Below are positions 46,201 to 56,800 of a DNA stretch of 64,000 nt, piece by piece. The DNA lies in the NCBI GenBank assembly GCA_030141605.1, contig JAQGDQ010000432.1, forward strand, positions 128,553 through 192,552. The letters run 5' to 3'. The stretch's first letter is position 1; every line of letters begins with the position of its first letter. The position numbers were made by a program, and so were the translations under genes. This DNA is from Tubiluchus corallicola (lineage: Eukaryota > Animalia > Priapulida). Under the pieces are notes generated by a model. It was not told where the DNA came from. It ran no database searches and saw only the letters and a program-made list of their open reading frames with translations.

Positions 46201-46970
46201 CAATGGACGAAAGTGAACAAACAAGTGCAAATAATAACAATAATAATAATCCTGCCGATAATGTAGAAACGCCGTCCTTGGAAACCGATACGAGTGCCAC
46301 GACTCAGCAGGGATCTCCCGATTCTGCTGATAAGTCATCTACGTCGCCTTTGAGTCAGCAGTCACCGCCCACTCACCCGCCGAGCGAAAATAAGCGCAAG
46401 GGTATTCCCCAGCAGTATATCCGAAATGCTGTGGGTAACGACTCTAACGACGAAAGCTCGGGCGAGAGAGCTTCGAGTCGGAATGGACTGGGAAGTTCCG
46501 ACATGGCCGACCACTTCACTAGCATCCGAAGTGCGCTGATAAGCAGAGGTGCCAGTTTAAAGTCTGCTCGCACCCCCATGGTTTCGCTTTTAAAGCAGAA
46601 ACAGCGAAATGGACCATCTTTTCTAAATTCCGTCAATCCGGACGGGAAGACGTCGAGTGTGCTACTATCTGCTGCACTGACGACGCCAACAACTCCACCG
46701 TCGTATCAGCAATCTCTAGCTGCTTCCGCCTCGTCCGGATCAAATCCGATTACGCAAGGGGACATGTTTCGCAGTGCAAACGCCCCGTCCATATCGGACA
46801 GCTCTCTTTCTTGCCCATTTTGTGGCATCGTTTATTTTGATCAGACTTTGTATTTTTTGCATAAAGCTTTGCACAGCGATTCAAACCCGTGGAAATGCAA
46901 TGTCTGCGGCGAACAATGTCAAGACAAGTATGATTTCAACTCGCACATTCTGAGTATCGCTCATAACTGA
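32155..46970 (+). CDS. Hunchback/Ikaros-like (HIL) C2H2 zinc-finger transcription factor, 6 N-terminal plus 2 C-terminal dimerization fingers
   Basis: Exons 32155-32328, 41992-42078, 42891-43075, 43612-43750, 44406-44601 and 45595-46970 are GT-AG and in frame (about 718 aa). Fingers CDEC, CSLC, CDVC..FSQAANMRRH, CKVC..FFRKDHLAEH, CPIC and CHIC precede a Ser/Pro-rich linker. The C-terminal CPFCGIVYFDQTLYFLHKALH-SDSNPWKCNVCGEQCQDKYDFNSHILSIAH is the Ikaros/Hunchback dimerization pair. The start exon is less certain. Confidence 0.9.
32629..33077. mobile_element. piggyBac-like MITE, copy 2
   Basis: TTAA|CCCTTTCAGTCCC ... GGGTATGAAAGGG|TTAA. Confidence 0.85.
35700..36452 (+). mobile_element. CR1/L2-like LINE 3' end, copy C, including the ORF2 tail
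   Basis: Encodes SLKSRGVKLWNSLP, followed by the same 3' UTR as copies A and B. Confidence 0.8.
37352..38275. mobile_element. Non-autonomous DNA-transposon-like element filled with roughly 14-bp (CCTGTGACTTTTTA) repeats
   Basis: Left-end AAAAAAGTCA/AAGTCACAG motifs are inverted relative to the right-hand array TTACCTGTGACTTTT (37505-38275), which ends CTTACCTGGATTC. Confidence 0.6.
39349..39555. repeat. 24-bp minisatellite
   Basis: About 8.5 copies of TAGATAGAAAAAAGAGGCATTACA. Confidence 0.95.
40173..40236. repeat. (TTG)n microsatellite
   Basis: About 21 units. Confidence 0.95.
43990..44275 (-). pseudogene. RTE-clade LINE reverse-transcriptase C-terminal fragment
   Basis: Minus strand, frameshifted: LLREVLKIRWPYIIRNEDLY...RLRWLEHLLRL...PGKPR. 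Confidence 0.7.
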
Positions 46971-49884
46971 CATTCCATTGCACTTTGGAAAACGTTTCTG
47001 TTGACATAGCCATTTTATGTTTTTGATTGTTAACGCATTTGTGTTTTTAATATAACAACATTACCATATCCAGAGCTTTTCTGTGTTTGCAGCTTTCTAA
47101 CCAGAAAGGTGAGACCAGGGAAATTTTCCCAGCATAAACCTTGAATTAAGAGTTGTACTAATTTCTTGAAATGTGTTACACCTGCACTTTCAGTTTCTGT
47201 TAATGAAAATTATGTGGTACAGTTCCTCAACTGTTTTTCAGTGTCACAATGTACATTATTCATGTAACATACTTCTGATTGTGAACATAAAAATGTAACG
47301 AAATGCAAAGCTTTTGTGTTATTGACTGAGCACCAGTATTATCTGTGCATTTTTATCAAGACTTTTGCTTGTGTTGTTTATTTTATTAGTTGTTTTTGTT
47401 TTTACATACGTGTAATTTTGTATACAGATGTTGCTCAACAAAGCATTCCATTTGTTCTTGGCAGCATCTTCGTAAACAATTCCAGAGCAGTGAGGGAACA
47501 ATTCCAGAGCAGTCAGTGATCGTTGTTGTTGACATGCTCTTTGTTGAGTGAGCATGTTGCAACATGCAGGCATTTATGTACCTTCGTTCAAGTATTTGAT
47601 TACCTATTGTAAAGTCATATAATTGCTTGATGATTTAAACCAAAATTATTTATTCTTAATTTAATTTTTATTATTGCACTTTTTTATTGTGCTGTTTTTT
47701 GTCCGTTAGTGTTGTGTTAAACCAAGTTGACGTGTCTTGGTTTTATCCTTGGAATACTTTGCGCCAATAGTTTTCATTTTTCACGCAGTTGTTAATGAAC
47801 ATTAAGGACATTAACTAGTTAATTGAACTTGGATGCCACAGTTCTTTTAGCTCTTGTTTTTTTATCACAATTCCCTTTTCTGGTTGCTTATTGGTCACTG
47901 ACATTTTTAACTTCACGGTTGTGGCATACTTCATTTAGTTTGGTTACAACACACTTGCTATACTGTATTTTCAATTGGTTACAATGTCTCTTGACTTTAA
48001 ATTTTCAAATACAGTATAAACACTTTCAGTAATACTAGTATGTAGACTTTGCTTAGAATCAGTTTAATTAATATTTTGTTTTTCTGTTATTGTTTTAATA
48101 TGGCAGCTCGTTTTTTGATTGATGAGATAAAGCTATTTTCACACTTGGTTGTTTTGAGGTTAAGTTTCATGGTTTTTATTTAGCATTATTAAAGATTAAT
48201 TTTAATATTGTGGAACTTTATAGTAAGTAGCTATATCTGATTTTTTTGATCATCTAATTTTTGCTCTGGAAAAATTGTTTTACAATTAATAAACATAAAA
48301 ATACTTGGTTGGCACTGTGAGTTCTAACATTATAATATTTGTTTTTGTGGTAAAGTGTTTATGTGATTCTGTCTGACGTAGTTGTGTTATTGTAAATGAT
48401 GTGTTTTGTCTCCAAGAGACTCGCGTAAATTTATGTCCTGCCTTGGTTGTCCCCTTAGAGGTGATACATTTGGTTGTAAATTACATTCCTTGCTTATATA
48501 CCTATATAACTATATACATATATTTATTATTACGACCTTGTTAATGTATTGCTAGTTGTTTTTGTGTGAGTAATTGATACAAAGTTTATTGTACTGTCTT
48601 TCAGTGCTTGGAGCAGGTATATTGTCGAACGCAAATAATTGACAAAGTCAGCAGTGAATAGTAACTATTTTAATATGGCTGACATTTTTACCACTGATCC
48701 TTAATTGCTGCCAAATTATATTCGTTATTACCGTGCATTCCATTGATAAAGATTGGCTCTATTTTCTTAACAGTGGCAGTGATAATTTTGCGTATAATTT
48801 TTGTTAGTATTGCAATGTGTAGCAGCTAATCGGAACATCATAAACCTCTATGTTCAGAAGATAGTGTAGCGTATCTTTTAGTAAGAATTAACTAAGAATG
48901 TGCAGAAATAAGTACAGAATTTTAGTTTTATCTATCTATCTGACGTGTGCCTAAATTGTTATAAAATTTTATTTTTTTTTCTTACTATCTGTTACATTCT
49001 GTAGAATCTGTAGCAAAAAGCTGCTTTTAAATAAGAAATAATATAATAATATCAGGCTATTCTGTCCAAATTCTTAAAGTCCCAAGTCTGAGCGCCTAAA
49101 AATCAATTATCTTAGGGTACCCACAGAAAACACTGAAACCTCTGCAGATATGTTACTTTTGTGGTATTTCATTTATGCCATAGTTTGGACCTCTTTTTCT
49201 GGCACAGACGTGTTTACTCATCGGCGGCTACAGACGTGGGCTTTAAGAATTCTAATGAAATTCATCGTGTTTGCTTGTTAATTGTTGATGTTATGTATAA
49301 ATACATATGGTTGTATTTTATTGTGTGATATACACAAATAATCAAAGATTTGTGTGATATTTTTTATGTTACAAACAGTTAATGGTATTTTTGATGTTCA
49401 AAACAATGCAGATTTGTCGCTGTTGCATTAAAGGTTATACTTTGAGATTATCAGCTTTGTTGTGAAAATGTTATTTTGTGCACAGTGTTGTCATGATGTG
49501 ATGTGTATTGACATGGGACATTGTGCACAGTTAATTATACACATTAATTAATACTTGTATTATAAATAAAACTAATAATTGTTGGTTATGGAAATGATTT
49601 TTTTACATAGATATTTATGAAATGCTTGACACTGTTCTAAAAGAAAGCATTTATGTTATCCAATTTTTATGACACGATTGCTGTTCAGTTTGGCTTCACT
49701 AGAACTTTCTAGACTAAATGAAGGTGCTAGACTTAGTTAGCCTTACCCTTGCGTTACGAGCTAACATTAACATTTCCCTGATCATGGTTATGCACCTGAT
49801 CACATACCTGGAATATGTGTTCATCTACAACAATGACAACACTATTACTTGTAATAATCAATGCTATGTTTTAAACTCATAAAG

Positions 49885-50250
49885 TAATCATCATCATCTA
49901 TTGAATTACGTGTCCAGGAACATGGTTACGATCACCTCTACATATCAGAACTCCCTACTTTCTGCAGTGCAGTAGTAGTAATTCATAAGCTTTGCTTCTG
50001 TCTCTGAGGATTAGTGCTGAAGTTTTTAGATCTCTCTAAGTCTCTGTGCAAATTTAAATATGTAAACATTTGTCCTGTTTATTTCTTTGCCGGCTCAATT
50101 GCTTGTTGACGAGCTGTTTTCACTGGTATATCATTGGGATCATTCCAGTGTGATCATCATGTCCATTAAGGCAGCTGACTGGATGTATACTTGACCTTTA
50201 GCTGCACCTTCTTCACAACATTGTTTAAAAATAATGTTACACATAGTGAC
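49885..50250 (-). mobile_element. Degenerate RTE-like LINE 3' end
   Basis: (GAT)n tail on the minus strand and decayed coding resembling the 44-kb fragment (DIPVKTARQQAIEPAKK). Confidence 0.4.
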
Positions 50251-50865
50251 TGTTTTGCAATGTGTGTCAATTGATGCACATTAATTTGATAAAGATAATG
50301 TGATCTAGGGTATATTTTCCCAGGCAGAAATCTAAAGTAGAAACTGTGCCCTCGTAACAAGTAAACACAGAAGTCTTTCAGCAAAAAACTAGACACTTAT
50401 GCCGGTGGCTTGTCAGCAGCATTTTCATCTCAAACGACACCTTTTTATTTTTTTTATTTTCGTAGAAGAGTCGTGAAAAGAATTACTCAGCGAATTTTAT
50501 ACCAACTCAAAGATTTCTGTTATTGATCTGACTGCTTACATTAGAAGAAACAGTTTTTTAAAACACTTCTTTACTTTTCAGTAATTTTTGCGTGCAGTGG
50601 GTGGCAAATAGAAAGCTTGGTGAAAAATTTTGAAAACTACGAAAAATATGACTTTTTAAACCTAAACAATTTTTCAAAGGATTTTTAAGCTGAACAAAAC
50701 TTTACTGTTGAGCACCGAGCATCAGACTGTTGCTGCACATAATGTAAATTCATGCCTCAATGGTTTCGTGCTCTTTATTTTAGAACCATCGACGTTTAAA
50801 TTTAATAGTACGCTGCAGTAAGCCGTCGTTAGTAATACAATAAGTTGCTTTAGTTTCACATTTTC

Positions 50866-53800
50866 ATGAAGATGATCTCACTGCGGCTTGCGCACTGCAC
50901 TTGTCGACTGTACAGTTTCAGCGCAAGCAATTTATTTCACGCAAGAAATAAACCGCATGAGTTGGATCAAGGAACCAGCAAATTGGTCGATTCTCTGACA
51001 TCAAGCAAAAGCCAAAAAGTATGTGCTGTAGTATGTTGACTATGTTCGTGTGTTTTATGTTGTTATTCAATGAAGTTTATCCTAATTTATTTCATTACAC
51101 ACTTAAACATGCATGCTGTATCTTGATTAATAAAGTGAATGTGTGCCAGTTCGAATGTGTGGGATATTAGTTTGGTTTATATAGCACCATAAATAGAGTA
51201 CCTGGTAGTTTTTTTATTAGCTAGACTAGATATGTCGCAAGAAGAATGTAATTTTTTAAAATTTGTTTTGACTTATGCACTTTGTCATTATCAAAGATGT
51301 GACAAAGATAGTAACATCCAATACGGTAACATTCACAGTTTTGTTTGTCCATACAACAGATTTCAAGAGTTTATTCATTTCCACATAGCATCGTACAATG
51401 ACATCACTAAAATGCAGATGGTCTCTTTTCAGTGGTTGCATTGACTCATGTATGGAAAGGTACTGTCAATGAGGGTTATTAACAGAATGCTGAAACATAG
51501 AAGTTGATAATTACCCAATGATTTCACATGTTCAAGCATTCTTATTTCCAGTAGATAAATACACCCATTCGCACCTAAGAATATTTCAAATGTTTTTAAT
51601 ATCAATTATCTTTGGTGGTTTTGCATAATTAAATGCTAGGCATCACACATTAACCCTTGCATGTAATGTGTTAATTTTGAATCTTCTACTTTGCTGCTGA
51701 TAATCTCTTCTTGTAGGCTCCGGCTTTATTTTTTTAACTTGCCTGTCAATAAGATTAAGGAAATGTATAAACTAGTCAATTGTGTTTGCAAGATCGTAAC
51801 TGAATTGCAACTAAAGCTAACAAATGGAAACGCAAAAGAGTAAATTGTTAAAACATGTATATTGCATGTTATACTTGATGTAGTGACGGTATAGTGCGAG
51901 TGTGATAGTATAACTGAGTGCAATGTATAGTTCTGAGTGCGGTATGGTGCGAGTGTGATAGTATAACTGAGTGCAATGTATAGTTCTGAGTGCGGTATGG
52001 TGCGAGACTGATAGTATTACTGAGTGCAATGTATACTTCTGAGTGCTTTAGTCGTGAATTTTTCATGCTGTTATAAACCTGTCGTTAGTCACTACACATA
52101 TGGTATTTTTGTAGCTGATGTTAGAGTGTGGGGTTATTGCTTCGTCAAGCCCTGGTATCTTTCACCTGCTTCCCACCGCAGTGCGAGCGCTGAATAAACT
52201 GTGCGCTTTGATTGATCACGAGATGAGGAAGGTGAATGCAGAGAAAATAGAAATGCCGACTCTATCGTCTGGGGCATTGTGGAAACAGACAGGTTTGTAG
52301 AAAATACAGTGAAAATATGGTGGCTAGCTGTTGATGTTTGCTAGATTTGTGTTCATGAAAGTTCAAAAATATAGTGCTTGTTGTAAAGCTGAAGCTTACG
52401 TTATGTATTTAGAACAAAATTTCAGCACACAATGTCGGCGGGTGGTTATTTGCTAGGTGATAGCTCAGCTGCGTTTTTTTCACAGTGCGCGACCAGGTAT
52501 TCACTACTTAGTTGAAGCAGGATAGTCTCAGAAGTCAGTTGGAAAGTCCTGTTTGTCGTGGTAAATGGCTTAGAAACTCCAACATGAGCGAGATCTATCC
52601 TAGAATGCTTCATCAGCAACCAACTACTGTAACTAGTTTGACATCGCCCAGGTCCTCGCGTATAAAGATGTTTGTAATCTTTTAGCTAAATAAATGCAGT
52701 TTGCATTAATTTGTAATAAAAGGATTGTGTAAATTGTTGTTACAGTTTTTGTATTGCAAAATAGTAGCAAAGTAGTTTTTTCCAAGATTGTGTGCTAGCA
52801 TGCGCTATGTGCTTTTTTATATCTCTTGCAATGATTGGTGATAAGAGTTTCAATATGAATGATACAAATCAAAGTGGAATGTGATCATTAAGGAGTATAT
52901 CTTGTTAATTGTCATTTTTGTTCTTTAGACCGGCATTGTTCTTGTTAAACTGACGTTGCTTGAGTTAAAATTGATTTTTTACTGTCAGTTTCATACACTT
53001 GTAGACTTCGAGCATTTTCATTGTCACATGTTATACGTTAAACTATAGACTCATTTATGTTACTGGTGTTGACATCCTGGTTTGTTGCACTATAAACTTT
53101 TCTAGGACGATGGGATTTGATGGGTGCAGAACTTTTTCGTCTAAAAGATCGACACTCTGCTGATTACTGCCTAGCTCCGGTACATGATTTATTCTATAAG
53201 TATAAACCTAAATTATCTTTCACTGCAAATCTGGAAATTTAAATCTGGAAAATATACAGCGTCATTTCACGAAAATCATTTCTCCAATCTAACTCGTAGT
53301 GTTTCGTCCTGGTAAAAGCATTTGTAAAAGAGATCATCATGATCATCCTGCCTAGTTTGTCTTCTTTTCAAAGAATTATATCCCTCCAAGCCCTCCCCCC
53401 CCACCAAGCACCACTAGGACATTTTTTCTACTTGGAGCTTCGACACAGAGTTAAAAGAAACCATTTTTGGAGTTTTTTGTCGGCCATTGGAGAGGAACAT
53501 TGTATAGAAAAACGTACTAGTTGCATTTGGTGGGGTCTTACAGAGAAAGTTACAGCTTTCTGGAAAGAGGAGAAACTGGGCCAAATGAGGAGGGCCTGCC
53601 TTACAAACACCTGGAATATTTTTTCTGGATGAACCTGTGTAATGAATACAAAATTATGATTTTTTAGACTCACGAAGAAGCTGTTACACACTTGGTTGCT
53701 TCTCAAGGAAGTATGTCACATAAACGATTGCCATTCAGACTGTACCAGGTGATTATCTAGCAACCGTAATTATGATGGTTAATTCACATTAATTTTCAAA

Positions 53801-56800
53801 TTGTACTCTTTCAATTTGAACCTTATACTGTATTTTTCTTGTCAATCGTATGCTCTTTTATGTGAGTTGTTTTTAGATAACAAGAAAGTTTCGTGATGAA
53901 GGACGGCCGAGATTTGGCTTATTGAGAGGGAAAGAGTTTTGTATGAAAGGTAAAGCATCTATTTGTTATCATGACTAACGCTCATGATTAACTCTCTTGG
54001 CTAACTCTCTTGTTAGAGAAAAAAGTAATATTAATAGTACTAATGACAATACTGAATTCGGCGATTTCATTTACGATACCTCAGTTTTGAAAATGCCAGT
54101 GTAACATTGGATTGCCTACAATCTGTAGTTAAATATTTTAAAATAAACATTCCGCAGTTTAAACTATAGTGAACTTCTCCCATTGAATTTTTGTACAGAC
54201 ATCTTTTTTTAACTAAAATTTTCACTGTTGGCTTTACAATGCTGCATGTTACATCTTTTTATCTTCTTAGATTTATACACATTTGATGCAAGCGAAGAAG
54301 ATGCCGCTGCCACTTATAACGCCATTTGTTCTGCCTATGAAAGGATCTTGACAAAACTTGCTGTGCCGTATGTTAAAGGTTTACCTTTGCTGTCTCGAAA
54401 ATGTATAATTTTGGCTTTGCGAATTTTGGCAGCTATTTGCCTGAACTTTGCAATCACCATATGTGTTGCTTGCAAACCAAAAGCATAAGCAATGCTTTGT
54501 ATTGCGACTGCTTCATGACTCTACAGAGCAGTTACATTAATGTGCAAGATGAAAAATGCAAAGTAATAAATACGTTTGTAGTTAAAACACCACAATTTTA
54601 TTAAAACCTTTAATTTACATAGTTAAAAAATCAAGTCAGATTTTTCGACAGGCTTACTGCTGTCATCATCAGTGGTAAATTTTTACAAACATTTTTACCA
54701 CTGACAGCAGTAGGTTTTTCAAAACGTTTGACATGATTTTTTTAACTATCTAAATCAAAACTTTTAATAAAGTTGTGGTGTTTTAACTGTAAGTGTTTTT
54801 ATTACTTTGGATATTTCTTCTTGCACATTAGTGTAAGAGCTCTGTACAGTCATTAAGCAGTCGTATTTACACATTAAGTAGATATGTTAGTTATTTCTGG
54901 TTTGCTGTTAATAGTGTTTTTAATTATTTTTGCACACGAGTTTTTGTGATTCGTGGTAATTCTAAAAACTGCCTAGGCATTTGTTCTAATAAACACGTAA
55001 ACAGTTACTAATGTGTACCGCATATATGGTAGAATACATAAAGTATAATTGTACTGTTCACTACTCTGACCAGTCTATGTAAAAGCTTTTTAAAGTACTC
55101 ATTTCATTATTATAGTTAGTAACTAATCTTATACAATAGTCTTGTTATACGTGTTTAAAGGCATGCATATTAAGTTTGACCATCTTAAATGGCTTTTACT
55201 TGCAGTTATTGGTACAACTGGCAAGATGGGTGGTCAATATTCTCATGAGTTTCATTTGCCTGCCGAGATAGGTGAAGATAGGCTGTTTCTTTGCAGCAGG
55301 TAAGTTTCTATATCTCTAAATCTTTTATAAATTTATTTATTGACGACTTACAAGCCATACAATTACAATTGCAATTACAAGTTACAAAACATTACATAAA
55401 CAATGCAATACATTACAATGACGACTATGCAGACAAAACCCCACACGTGGTGTATAATCGTCAACGCAATACACAATAATAATAATAATAATAATGGTGA
55501 ATAGTATTTACAGTGGTAGTCTCTTTTGCAAGAAAAATCACTAGTAAGGTGATGTTTGACAAGCAATTTTAAATCCACTAATTTTTTGCACTTTGATTTT
55601 TACTTGTTTTTATTTACGTGTAGGTGTTCTTACGGCATAAATGCTGAAACTCTTATTGGTAAGTGGCTTTGATAATGTTCCTAATTTGATGGCATTATGT
55701 GTTTCGTGTTTTAGTGCATGTATTGAGATACAATACGAATAGTCTATCTGCAAATATTGCAGTGAATAGTATGTCCACGCGTGCAGTGGCACACATTAAA
55801 TCATGGCTGGTTCAAGTTTCAACTGTAACAAAAAATATAAAAGTAAAAAAACCTTTATATTTTTATCTTAGAATATATAAAAAATCTTAGAATGTTACTT
55901 AAATGAAAAAGTAACATTCTAAGATTATTTTTATGACATTTTTTCATTTCTGATTTAATGTTGATTGGTATCATAATGCGAAATATATTTTATATGTACA
56001 TAGAGGAACACTATGTTAATCAACTATTATGTATATACATATAGACTAACTTCGTTACATTCCCGTTATCTCGCCATACTCTCCTCTCGCCAAAAATTTG
56101 CCCTAGACGGACAGTGGCGAGATAACGAGGTTAGACTGTACATTATGTGAAAGGCTCTTTCAAAATGCTTATTAAGTACATTTTAGTTACGCCAAATAGA
56201 ACCCATGTTGTATGAAAACACTTGTGCTGTCATAGTGCTATATGCATTTGCATGTAACATTTGTGCCATTGGCTTTGCAGATAGTACAGATAATTTAAAT
56301 TGTCCGGAATGTGGAAGTGAAGTAGTGACTACTAAAGGAATAGAGGTACGTTAATTTCGCTGTTAATGAATCTTCCGTTCTACTGATTGCATTACTTTAC
56401 CCGTGAAGCAAGCAGTGTTAATAAATCTATTGTTTTTTAGGTTGGTCATACTTTTCTGCTTGGTACGAAGTATTCAAGCAAGCTTGGTGCTCTATTCAAA
56501 AATAAAGATGGCATGATTGAGTAGGTATATTAACATTAAACAATTGCAAAGATTGATGGTAACCATGATTTGATACAAATAAGAATGCGTTCTTTTGCTA
56601 GAATATATTCGATAATTTGTAGTCGTTCGAAATTGAATTACTAAACTGGAAATATTTTTGCACATCAATAAAAGAACTGTTTATCATATTTTCACACCTG
56701 AACCCATCTGCAATCAGTTTTTGGCATAAGTTGTTCATGTACTGCACACATTACTGATTAAAAACATTCCCTGAGGTAGTTTCGTCTCTAAGTATTGAAT

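Noticed and set aside
32155-46970. Calling the gene hunchback or IKZF1
   Set aside because: The DNA-binding fingers do not match either closely enough to assign a symbol.
48381-48398. Nanos response element in the HIL 3' region (GTTGT-gtt-ATTGTA)
   Set aside because: The spacing differs from the hunchback NRE, there is no perfect TGTAHATA, and such a match is expected by chance in GT-rich UTR sequence.
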